Source: Candidatus Beckwithbacteria bacterium GW2011_GWC1_49_16 (GTDB lineage Bacteria > Patescibacteriota > Microgenomatia > UBA1400 > CG1-02-47-37). From it: a stretch of 64,000 nucleotides of DNA. How positions within the stretch are numbered: position 1 is the first letter of the stretch; the number at the start of each line of letters is the position of its first letter. A program made the position numbers and the translations under genes. Location of the stretch: NCBI GenBank assembly GCA_001029675.1, contig CP011210.1, positions 517,663-581,662 on the forward strand, read 5' to 3'. The notes beneath the pieces are model-generated. The model saw only the letters and a list, made by a program, of their open reading frames with translations. It was not told the origin of the DNA and made no database searches. Positions 55,796-64,000 of the stretch are shown in pieces.

Positions 55796-56919
55796 GGACT
55801 AAGCACTTTCTGGTAGGCGGCTAAAGTCAGCCGGGCGGTTTTATCCCAGGAATAGGTGGCGGCCTTGGACTTGCCGGCCTTGATCATCTGGGCGCGGTCT
55901 TTTGAAGAAAAGTTTAGAAGCAAATTAATTTTGTCGACTATCTGGCCTAAGTTCTGGGGGTTAAAGTAGAGGGCGGCTGACCCATAGGCTTCGGGCATGG
56001 CGGCACGTTTAGCGGCCAAAACAGGGGTGCCGGCGGCCATGGCCTCGAGTCCTGGCAGGCCAAAGCCTTCAAGACGCGAGGCGGTGATAAAACCCAAGGA
56101 ATGCTGGTAAAGGGTTTTTAATTGCCTGTCAGTGACGAAGCGCAAAACCCGTACTTGTTTCTGGGCCTTGAGGCGGAAAATAATTTTTTTGAGGCGTTTT
56201 AAAAAGACTCCCCTGCCGGTAACAATCAGCAGATGAGTTTTAACGCCTTTTTGGTTGACCAGCTTTACTGCTTTAATTAATTGAATTAGGTTTTTATGGG
56301 GATAAGCGTTGCCGACAAAAATAAGGTAGGGTTTTTTGACTTGATATTTTAACTTCTCTTGGCTTTGGTTGAGGTAGATTTTATCTGGGGCTTCAGGAGT
56401 CACCAAGATTTTCCGGGCAGGAATTGGATAGAAATTTAAGATATCTTTTTTAGTCCATTTTGAAGGGGTGAGGATCAAACTAGAGTTTTTCACTGCCCGG
56501 CGAAAAATCCGGTGGTAGCCTAAACGCTTTATAAAGTAAATCAAGGGGAATCTGGTGGTGGTCTTAAGACCGATGGAATGGTGTTTTATCAAGTCGTGGA
56601 TAGTAACCACAAATTTACCCGAGAAAAAAAGCGGGGCGTTGAAGTGTAAAAAATGGGTTAAATCGGGCTTGATTGACCGAGCCAGCAGAGAAATTTGCCA
56701 GTGTTCGCTTAATGAATACGGGGCGGCCGACGAGGCAACAATATTAAATTGCTTAAATTGGCGCTTTAAACGCCCGACCAGCCCAGGTCGGGTCAGAAGG
56801 AAAAACTTAAACCCTTTTGGCTTGAGTTGGTAAAGGGCGGTCACCAGGGACCGGCTATAGCGGCCCAGGCCTGTGTGCTTGGGACCCCAAAACCTGGCGT
56901 CGATCAAAATTTTTTTCAT
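55792..56919 (-). CDS. GT4 glycosyltransferase
   Basis: IDAR, G.GRY, TIHDL, EGFGLP.LEAM..G.PV. Confidence 0.9.
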   Translation of the reverse strand: MKKILIDARFWGPKHTGLGRYSRSLVTALYQLKPKGFKFFLLTRPGLVGRLKRQFKQFNIVASSAAPYSLSEHWQISLLARSIKPDLTHFLHFNAPLFFSGKFVVTIHDLIKHHSIGLKTTTRFPLIYFIKRLGYHRIFRRAVKNSSLILTPSKWTKKDILNFYPIPARKILVTPEAPDKIYLNQSQEKLKYQVKKPYLIFVGNAYPHKNLIQLIKAVKLVNQKGVKTHLLIVTGRGVFLKRLKKIIFRLKAQKQVRVLRFVTDRQLKTLYQHSLGFITASRLEGFGLPGLEAMAAGTPVLAAKRAAMPEAYGSAALYFNPQNLGQIVDKINLLLNFSSKDRAQMIKAGKSKAATYSWDKTARLTLAAYQKVLSP

Positions 56920-56926
56920 CTTTGTT

Positions 56927-57802
56927 TCACGAGAGAACAATTTTTAGGTGTTTGACCTTTTCTACTAGGTAAATGCCTAGAAAAATGAGCCAACGCAGCG
57001 GAAAAATGTAGCGCTTGTTATAGTGTTTTCTGTAGAAAATTTTCATGGCTTCAAAAAAGTTTTTGTTGGTCACCAGGCGTTGTTTTTTAGCAGGAGCGGC
57101 CAATCCCGAAGCTCCTTTCAGGTGGGTAATTTTAGTGATCGGGGTGAAAACAATCTGCCAACCGGCTTGTTTGATTCTGAAGGCTAAATCCAGATCTTCA
57201 CCGTACATAAAAAAGGCTTCATCCAACAAGCCCGCCTGATTTAAGGCTTCCCGCTTTAAGAAAAAGAAGGCGCCGACGGGCGAGTCGATCTCGTGGGTGA
57301 CAGACAAGTCTTTCCAACCCTGGTGGTATTGGCTGAAAAAGCGCGAACGGGGAAAAAGTTTTTCTAAACCAAAGTAATAGGTAAAAGCGGCCCAAGGAGT
57401 GGGAAAACCCCGATGAGAAGCGGGGTCAATTTTACCACTTTTTAAAATCACCTTACAGGTAGACAACCCCACCTTAGGGTGTTGATCCATAAAATTAACC
57501 ATTTTGACCAGGGTGTCTTTTTGTAGCAAAGTGTCGGAGTTCAAAAGCAACTGGTAGCGGCCTTTGGCATAACGCAAGCCCAAGTTATTGCCGCCGGCAA
57601 AGCCGAGGTTTTTTTCTGTCACCACCACCTTGACTAAGGGAAATTTTTTTCTGACCAGTTTAGGGGTACCGTCTTGAGAGTGGTTGTCGACTAGAATCAC
57701 TTCGAATTTGCCGAGAGGTTTTTTGGCGGCAAAGACCGAGGCCAAAGTCTTTAAGGTCAGGGCGCGAGTTTTGTAGTTGACGATGATCACTGATAAATCC
57801 AT
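56927..57802 (-). CDS. GT2 glycosyltransferase (WbbL-like)
   Basis: SVIIVNY, VDN.S.DG, N.GF..GNN, LLNSD, FFMYGED.D. Confidence 0.9.
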   Translation of the reverse strand: MDLSVIIVNYKTRALTLKTLASVFAAKKPLGKFEVILVDNHSQDGTPKLVRKKFPLVKVVVTEKNLGFAGGNNLGLRYAKGRYQLLLNSDTLLQKDTLVKMVNFMDQHPKVGLSTCKVILKSGKIDPASHRGFPTPWAAFTYYFGLEKLFPRSRFFSQYHQGWKDLSVTHEIDSPVGAFFFLKREALNQAGLLDEAFFMYGEDLDLAFRIKQAGWQIVFTPITKITHLKGASGLAAPAKKQRLVTNKNFFEAMKIFYRKHYNKRYIFPLRWLIFLGIYLVEKVKHLKIVLS

Positions 57803-57806
57803 AAGT

Positions 57807-58994
57807 TTAATTTTTGCCCATTTCTTGATAGATTTTATCCAAGTCTTGAGAGATGATTTTCCAGTTGTAGCGGCTCAAAATGAGTTTTTTGGCGTTTGAG
57901 GAGATTTTTTTTGCCAACTTGGGCCGGGTCAGAAGTTTAAGGGTCTTTTGGGCCAAGTCGGAAGCGGTTTCGGCGACTAAAACCGCTTGGTTGTTTTTGG
58001 CTGCGATGCCTTCGATGCCTAAAGCGGTGGTGACCACCGGGACCGAAGAGGCCATGGCTTCGAGGACCTTGTATTTGGTCCCCCGGCCATTCCTTATGGG
58101 CGCCAGAAGCACACTGGCTCGAGAAAAAGCCTGGCGGATGTCTTTGAGGTCGCCGGTAACATTGACGTCTTTTTGGTCTTTTAGCGCCAGAATTTGGGTG
58201 GTGGGGTTGCGGCCGACGATCCAGAGTTTAGTCCGGGGCAGTTTTTGTTTAATCTTGGGCCAGATTTTACGGGTCAGAAACAGGGCGGCGTCTTTGTTGG
58301 GCAGCCATTTGAAGTTGCCGACAAAAAGAACGGTCAGTCGCCCACCCTTTATTGAAGGGGTTTTGGCAAAATAGTCGATATCGACGCCGTTGGCGACGAC
58401 GTCGACTGGTTTGTCCTTGACGGTTTTAGCCATGATCTTTTTGTCGGCCTCTGACATGGCGGCCAATCGGGAAGCTTTTTGCCAAAAATATTTTTCCCAG
58501 AGCTTGATTTTAAACACGTCAAAGTAAAGTAGCGGTTTTAAAGGGGCAAACTTAAAGTTTTCGACAAAGCGTTGATAAACCAGGTGTTCGATGGTCTGCT
58601 CGACTAAAAGTACCGGGGCAGAAACGGCAGGCAGGTTAGGCATGACGTAAAAGGTTTCGGCGTGGATCAGGTCGTAGTTGGCGCTTGACAACTCTCTGGT
58701 CAGGCGGCGGCGTAAAGACCGGGAAAGGTAAATAGCCACTAAAAAAGGGTAAGGTGTCAAAATGGACAAAAAAATGTTTCTTAGGTCCCAGGCCCGGCGG
58801 CGTTTGATCAAAACAACCTTTTGGCAGAATTTTTTTAAGCTTTTGGCGTAGACCCTTTCTTTCTCTTCCCTGATAAAGCTAAATAAGGTGATCTTGTGGT
58901 TAACGCTTAAGTGTTTTAACAGGTTATAACTTCTGATCTGGCCACCGGAGTAGAGCGGGTAGGGTAAATACGGAGTCAGCATCAAAATCTTCAT
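57807..58994 (-). CDS. GT4 glycosyltransferase
   Basis: PYP...GG..R, NGVD, FVGNF...PN, K.LEAMA. Start ATG 58994 (ATGA overlap). Confidence 0.9.
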   Translation of the reverse strand: MKILMLTPYLPYPLYSGGQIRSYNLLKHLSVNHKITLFSFIREEKERVYAKSLKKFCQKVVLIKRRRAWDLRNIFLSILTPYPFLVAIYLSRSLRRRLTRELSSANYDLIHAETFYVMPNLPAVSAPVLLVEQTIEHLVYQRFVENFKFAPLKPLLYFDVFKIKLWEKYFWQKASRLAAMSEADKKIMAKTVKDKPVDVVANGVDIDYFAKTPSIKGGRLTVLFVGNFKWLPNKDAALFLTRKIWPKIKQKLPRTKLWIVGRNPTTQILALKDQKDVNVTGDLKDIRQAFSRASVLLAPIRNGRGTKYKVLEAMASSVPVVTTALGIEGIAAKNNQAVLVAETASDLAQKTLKLLTRPKLAKKISSNAKKLILSRYNWKIISQDLDKIYQEMGKN

Positions 58995-60424
58995 AGGCCG
59001 GTGCAATCGGTTAAGTCAAGGATCAAGTACTGGTCGGTTTTTTCCAGCGTCTGGCAGCGGTCTTCAAAATATGAAGCGACGGAGTCAAAGTTGACAGTGA
59101 CGTAGTGAGTGGCGCCGGCAGCTATTTTGTCTTCGATGTCGACTCCCAAGGGCCAACCGGAGCGGTTGGTCTGGTACAAAAAGGCCGGGTCGGCGTCGTA
59201 GGCAGCGATCACCAGCGCATCCTTTGGGGTAAGCCGGTCGACGGCTTGACCGGCAGCGACTATCTCCCAGTGGTTGACGTTGAAAAAACCTCTGACCTCG
59301 TACCAGCCGAAGCCAAAAGAAATTACCAGCAAGGCGGCGGCGGCGGCGGCGGAAAAGACTTTACCGCCCCAAGATTTAGCCTGATCGACAAGAAACCAGA
59401 AACCCAAAGCCACCAGGATGGAACCGACCGGCAAAAGCGGCAGCTGGTAGTAGTCGTGGGTGACGTTGCCCATGGCAAAAATCACCAGGTACAAAACGAC
59501 TGATATTAACCAGGTTAATACCAGACGACGGTTTCTATCCTGGTAAGAATTTAAAATGCCGACGATAAAAAGGACAAAGCCGCCGGTGGCAAAAATGAGC
59601 CGGTTTAAACGTTCAAAAATCAGCCAGCGAAAATAGGCGCCGGTAAAACGGATGCCGGTTTGGTTAAACAGCCAGTTGGTGTCGAAGTTGGCTTCGGGGT
59701 GAGCCAGATAATGGTAGCGCCATAAAACAAAGGGGGCCAGGGAGAAAAAGGCGATAAAATAGGCTTGGGGGTTTTTGAAGACAGCGGCTTTTTTGTGGGC
59801 AAGAACAAAGTAAACCATGGGCAGGGCGACAAACAAGGCGTACGGCTTAACCAAAACAGCCAAGGCAAGGGTAAGGCTGGTTAAAAAGGCGTCGCGCCAG
59901 CGATTTGATTTGACCCAGAGGACAAAAAAATAGAGGCTTATTATAGACAGGCTGACAAAAGTCGGGTCGGGCATGATTACCCGACCGTAATAGATGTTAT
60001 AAGGGTTAAAGGCGTAAAAGAAAGCGGCAATCAGGGCGACTTTGGGTTTAAAAAGTTTTAAAGTAAAAAGGTATAAAAAGACGGCCCCAAGACTGGCAAA
60101 AAAAACGCTGACCAAGCGGGCGATGGCCTCGTTGATGCCAAAGGTACGGTAAAGCAGGGCGACGATGGCGTTGTAGAAAGGAAACTCGTTGATAAATAAC
60201 CTTTGGGGGTTTTCCAACTGTTTGGGGTTTAAAGGCAGCAAGCTGTCAGACTGGGGGTAGAGAAGGTTAAAATTACCCTTGACAAAGTTGCGGGCGACGG
60301 CGGCGGTGTCGGCTTGACGCCAAGAGTGCCAGTCGGCCACCGGGTTGTCGATCCGGTAAAGCCGAGGGGCAAAAGTGGCAGCAAAAACTGCCAAGCCGGT
60401 TAAAAAGATTTTTGATTTTTCCAC
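58991..60424 (-). CDS. ArnT/PMT-like (GT-C) membrane glycosyltransferase
   Basis: Multi-TM protein with WRQADT...ARNF, EFP.Y, R..SV, L.KP, H.YY. Confidence 0.8.
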   Translation of the reverse strand: MEKSKIFLTGLAVFAATFAPRLYRIDNPVADWHSWRQADTAAVARNFVKGNFNLLYPQSDSLLPLNPKQLENPQRLFINEFPFYNAIVALLYRTFGINEAIARLVSVFFASLGAVFLYLFTLKLFKPKVALIAAFFYAFNPYNIYYGRVIMPDPTFVSLSIISLYFFVLWVKSNRWRDAFLTSLTLALAVLVKPYALFVALPMVYFVLAHKKAAVFKNPQAYFIAFFSLAPFVLWRYHYLAHPEANFDTNWLFNQTGIRFTGAYFRWLIFERLNRLIFATGGFVLFIVGILNSYQDRNRRLVLTWLISVVLYLVIFAMGNVTHDYYQLPLLPVGSILVALGFWFLVDQAKSWGGKVFSAAAAAALLVISFGFGWYEVRGFFNVNHWEIVAAGQAVDRLTPKDALVIAAYDADPAFLYQTNRSGWPLGVDIEDKIAAGATHYVTVNFDSVASYFEDRCQTLEKTDQYLILDLTDCTGL

Positions 60425-61986
60425 TTTACTGCTAGGGCTAAAATCAGGCCGATTAAAGACCAGTAGGCGTAGGCGACTTTGGAAGCTTCAAAGACGTCGA
60501 TATAGGTAGCATTGACCAGCATGCCGACAGTGGCGCCAATGCCGGCGGCAAACAGGCCAAAGTGAAGCGGGTCGCGAGCTTTCTTTAATGAGGCAAATAA
60601 AGTTTTGATGACGACAAAAATAATCGCCAGGAAAGAAACAAATCCCAAAAGGCCGGTTTCGCCCAAAAGCCTTAAGTAGTCGTTGTCGGTGGATTCGGCC
60701 GTAGTAAACTCCCAAACGTGGGCTTTAACCAGGGTCGAGTAACCGGTGCCCAAAAGCGGGTTTGTTTTTAAAGCTTTAACGGCGTTGGGCCAGAGAACGT
60801 CCAGGCGAATGCCGGCTGACAGGCCGTATTTCAAGGCGTTTTCCGAATAGCTTATTTCCACCGAGGTTTCGGGTGAGGCGGTGGCTAAGTAAGCCACCAG
60901 CTTTTCGTAGGTGTCGTCGTAGACGTCGGCCGGTCTGATTTTGGGGCTAGGGAGAACTGTGGTTGGAGGAATGTCGGTCCGGGTGGCCACCAGGCTCAAC
61001 TGCTGTTCTGGAGTCAAGTTGGTGTCCAAGGGAATTCCGCCCTCCGGAGGCGAGCGAAAAGGCTTAACCAAAAAAGCCCTGATGCCCTCGAGTTTAAAAA
61101 CGTGGGAGAATCTTTCGGATAAATCGCCGAAGGAAAGCATCACCAACAGACTCAAAGAGACCACGCCCAGCCAGCGGGTCAAAACCCAAAGCCAGCGTTT
61201 TTTAAAAGCAAGTAAGCCAAGAGCAACACTGATGCCGACCATGTAAGCCAGCCAAGAAGTACGGGAGGCAGACAAAATTAACAGCCAATACTCCAAAATG
61301 ACGGTAAAAAAGATGACGGCCCGCAGGCGCCAGGACTTAACCAAGAAACCCAAGACGATCAAGGGGATAATGGTAATCATCACATAAGCGGCCAGATCGA
61401 AGTGGCCGCCAAAAGTCGACAAAACCCGGGCGTGCTCGGTCAAGTACAAAGCCACGCCTTTACTAAACTCGCGATTCATGGTCGAGTAGGCCGGCCAATA
61501 GAGATATTTTTGGCCGTAGCCGTAGATGGTGACGCCAAAAACGGCCGCGCCCAATAACAAGAGGAAGTTTTTAATTTGCTTGGGGTGCTTTAAGGCGAAA
61601 AAAAAGATAAAAAAGAGGGAAAAATATTCAAGGCGGCGAAACCAATGAAGAAAGATTTTGGCAATTTGCAAGTACTCGGGGTTGACGGTGCGGGTGACAA
61701 AAATGGCCGAGAGAACGGAGAGAAAGCCGACGACCAAGTAGAAAGCCACCGGCTTAAATAAAGGGGCTTTGACCGGCTTGATCTTGCCCCTTATCACTTG
61801 AATTAAGAAAAAGACAGCGGTGCCAAGAATAAGAAAATCTTCTAATCTCACCCTAACGTTGTAGCCCGGCAGAATGTCAAACAAAGGCCATTTGGGATAA
61901 AGGGGCAGAAAGATGATTAGAAAACCGGCGATGACAGTGAGTAGGTTCTGATCAAGCCAGTTTAAAAGCTTGGGTGTAGACTTCAT
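60400..61986 (-). CDS. O-antigen ligase/polymerase-like (Wzy_C) membrane protein
   Basis: Multi-TM protein with R..STF, SRT.W, R...W..A......P..G.G, DN.YL..L.E.G..G. Confidence 0.8.
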   Translation of the reverse strand: MKSTPKLLNWLDQNLLTVIAGFLIIFLPLYPKWPLFDILPGYNVRVRLEDFLILGTAVFFLIQVIRGKIKPVKAPLFKPVAFYLVVGFLSVLSAIFVTRTVNPEYLQIAKIFLHWFRRLEYFSLFFIFFFALKHPKQIKNFLLLLGAAVFGVTIYGYGQKYLYWPAYSTMNREFSKGVALYLTEHARVLSTFGGHFDLAAYVMITIIPLIVLGFLVKSWRLRAVIFFTVILEYWLLILSASRTSWLAYMVGISVALGLLAFKKRWLWVLTRWLGVVSLSLLVMLSFGDLSERFSHVFKLEGIRAFLVKPFRSPPEGGIPLDTNLTPEQQLSLVATRTDIPPTTVLPSPKIRPADVYDDTYEKLVAYLATASPETSVEISYSENALKYGLSAGIRLDVLWPNAVKALKTNPLLGTGYSTLVKAHVWEFTTAESTDNDYLRLLGETGLLGFVSFLAIIFVVIKTLFASLKKARDPLHFGLFAAGIGATVGMLVNATYIDVFEASKVAYAYWSLIGLILALAVKWKNQKSF

Positions 61987-62842
61987 ATTTATTTTTATCT
62001 TGTAAGATGATACCAAAAATTATCACTCTTAACACGGCGCCAATTTTTAATAACCACCTTAGCGCCGGATATTCCCAAGCTGGTTTGTGCTTTTTATAAA
62101 CGTATTTTAAGCCTTGATACTCCCCCAAAACCGCTCCCCGACTTGAACCAGAAGCTTGACCCAAATGGGTCAGGCTGGGTCGGGAAAAGTAATAAGGGCT
62201 GATATTAAGCTTTTGGGCGCGCAGGCAAAAATCGACGTCTTCGGCGTACATAAAAATCGCTTCGTCAAAGCCACCAAGCTTTTTGAACAGACTAGCCTTG
62301 ACTAAAAGGGCGGTACCGCCTAACCAACCAGGGCGTTGGTCTGATTCAAAGAAACTGATGCGGCGCTGCTGGTAGGGTTTGACCAGCCGACCTAAAAGCG
62401 GCAGGTCGTCGACGAACAGCATCCAGGCAACCTGACGCGAGAGGCGGGGCAAAAAACCTCCCTGGGGTTGGATGGAGCCATCGGGGTTTAATAGACGACA
62501 AGAAGCGATTTGGGCTTTTACCTTTTGTGCTTCTTGCCAGAGAAGGCCGATGGTGTTTTTGCCAAGCAAAGTGTCGGAGTTTAAAAACCAGAGGTAGCGT
62601 CCAGTTGCCTTGTTAACTCCCAGGTTGTTGGCCCGGCCGAAGCCCAGGTTTTTGCCGGCGGTGACGAGCTTAACCTGGGGGAAGCGTTTTTTAACCATTT
62701 TAACGCTGCCGTCTTGGGAGTCGTTGTCGACGACGATAACCTCTTTTTTCAGTCGGTCGCGTGAGGCGTAAATGGTTTTAAGACAGCTTAATAAAACCTT
62801 TTTTGTATTAAAAGAAACGATAATGATTGATAAATCGACCAT
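61952..62842 (-). CDS. GT2 glycosyltransferase
   Basis: SIIIVSFN, VDN.S.DGS, N.GF..ANN, LNSD, GGFDE..FMY.ED.D. Confidence 0.9.
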   Translation of the reverse strand: MVDLSIIIVSFNTKKVLLSCLKTIYASRDRLKKEVIVVDNDSQDGSVKMVKKRFPQVKLVTAGKNLGFGRANNLGVNKATGRYLWFLNSDTLLGKNTIGLLWQEAQKVKAQIASCRLLNPDGSIQPQGGFLPRLSRQVAWMLFVDDLPLLGRLVKPYQQRRISFFESDQRPGWLGGTALLVKASLFKKLGGFDEAIFMYAEDVDFCLRAQKLNISPYYFSRPSLTHLGQASGSSRGAVLGEYQGLKYVYKKHKPAWEYPALRWLLKIGAVLRVIIFGIILQDKNKYEVYTQAFKLA

Positions 62843-62869
62843 AAATTTCTAATTGACCTAATTTCTAAA

Positions 62870-63475
62870 TTATTGAAATAGTCTAGCTCTGCCCAAACGG
62901 TAATTGAGGTTTTTGACCCGGCGCCGGCCGATGGGGCGGGCGGGGATGCCGGCGACAATGGTTTTTTCAGGCACACTCTTGGTGACGACGGCGCCGGCGG
63001 CGACCACCGCTCCCCGGCCGAGAGTGACTCCGGGCATGATGATTGCCCGAGGGCCAACAAAACAAAAGTCTTTGATTTCCACCGGGAGGGTTACCGGGGC
63101 AAAATCATTAGAGTTAATGTCGTGCTTGCCGTTTAGGATCATCACCGAGCTGGCAATATCGACGTGGTTGCCGATGGCCAATTTATCCCGGCCGTCTAAG
63201 GTGGCGTGGTCGCCGATGATGGTACCGGAACCAACAAAGACGTTTTTGGGCTGGTAGAAGCGGGCGCCGATGTGGATGGTTGAGCGGCGGCCGATTTTGA
63301 CCCCTGAAAGTGAAAAAATAACTTTTCGCAAACTGTGGGAAGGTAAATAGCCCAAGAGCCATAATAGGGCTACCTTGGCGTCGAGGTAATAATTATAAAA
63401 GCGGTCGATAACTTTGGAGCCGGTTTGATTCCAAGTTAAAGGCTGGTCGTTTTTGTCTTTAAAGGGAGAACTCAT
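62870..63475 (-). CDS. Hexapeptide-repeat O-acyltransferase
   Basis: LbH repeats and GAVVAAGAVVTK.V....VAG.PA. Confidence 0.9.
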   Translation of the reverse strand: MSSPFKDKNDQPLTWNQTGSKVIDRFYNYYLDAKVALLWLLGYLPSHSLRKVIFSLSGVKIGRRSTIHIGARFYQPKNVFVGSGTIIGDHATLDGRDKLAIGNHVDIASSVMILNGKHDINSNDFAPVTLPVEIKDFCFVGPRAIIMPGVTLGRGAVVAAGAVVTKSVPEKTIVAGIPARPIGRRRVKNLNYRLGRARLFQ

Positions 63476-64000
63476 TTAAAACCTCGACAACTTTTTTGCC
63501 TGACTGCCGCCAGTCAAAGTCAAAAGCGCGTTTCTTGGCCTGAACTAGCCTCCGGCTTAAAACTTCTTGCGGCAAGAACAACGCCTCTATTATACCCTGT
63601 CTCACTTGTTTTGCCTTAAAAGGCGGCCTGATGTAACTGCCGGCGTCTTGAACAATCTCGGTTAGACTTGAGTTTTTGGCGACTAAAACCGGAGTGCCGG
63701 CGGCCATGGCTTGGACTACGGGGATGCCGAAACCTTCGTAGAGTGAGGGGTAGATAAATAGTTTGGCTCCTTTGATTAGCGCCGGGACGTCGGCGGCGGG
63801 CAAGTAGCCGGTAAAAATCACTTTGTGACTAAGTTTGAGAGTTTTGACCGTTTTGAATAAGTCGCGGTAGAGCCAACCCTTTTTGCCGGCGATGACGAGT
63901 TGCAATCCCTTAAGGTCGGACCTTCTTTCCAAAAGGTCCGACCTTTTTGAAAAAGCCTTGATAAGGGCGAGCAAGTTTTTCCGCGGCTGAAGAGTACCCA
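63459..64000 (-). CDS. GT4 glycosyltransferase, 5'-truncated by the window edge
   Basis: Frame open to the window end (GTLQPRKN...); YPSLYEGFG.P...AMA.G.PV. Confidence 0.88.
   Translation of the reverse strand, partial: GTLQPRKNLLALIKAFSKRSDLLERRSDLKGLQLVIAGKKGWLYRDLFKTVKTLKLSHKVIFTGYLPAADVPALIKGAKLFIYPSLYEGFGIPVVQAMAAGTPVLVAKNSSLTEIVQDAGSYIRPPFKAKQVRQGIIEALFLPQEVLSRRLVQAKKRAFDFDWRQSGKKVVEVLNEFSL
63912..63945. repeat. Two 13-bp palindromes forming a perfect inverted repeat inside a GT4 CDS
   Basis: AAGGTCGGACCTT-ctttccaa-AAGGTCCGACCTT. Confidence 0.85.

Noticed and set aside
62843-62869. Possible intergenic heptamer tract (TTAGAAA...TTAGAAA on minus)
   Set aside because: There are only two good units and the period is broken, so it may be AT-rich noise.
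1-64000. CRISPR array, IS/transposase, prophage, rRNA, or recoded stop codons
   Set aside because: No repeat-spacer array or such genes were seen. TGA, TAA and TAG all end conserved genes normally.

Overview
This is a gene-dense bacterial window, mostly on the minus strand, using standard code 11. Gene content and style suggest a Patescibacteria/CPR genome, probably Microgenomates (inference). From left to right it holds: tRNA-Val(CAC), lepB, parB, rpmA-rplU, rodA and ileS; an extended dcw/peptidoglycan cluster (mraZ, rsmH, ftsL-like, ftsI, two giant FG-GAP surface proteins, murE, glmU, murC, murB, murA, glmS, yvcK, murF, femX, mraY, murL, murD2, ftsW, murG, ftsQ, ftsA, ftsZ); an accessory block with a higBA-type TA pair, glyS and recO; and a surface-glycan locus running off the right edge. 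The main unexplained signals are these. (1) An unannotated 14-aa Ile-rich leader peptide with alternative hairpins and a terminator upstream of ileS, i.e. a ribosome-dependent attenuator. (2) Four in-gene tracts of five degenerate heptamers in loops of IleRS, MurG (twice) and a glycosyltransferase. (3) Diverged copies of a hydrolase 3' end bracketing accessory cassettes. (4) A three-member orphan family sharing a C-terminal motif. (5) A doubled 13-bp palindrome inside a CDS. (6) Pervasive leaderless-type promoters. The cluster also encodes the MurD2/MurL route to D-Glu, a Cys-to-Asp MurA and a GVHH-motif IleRS. All calls were made by eye, without database searches.
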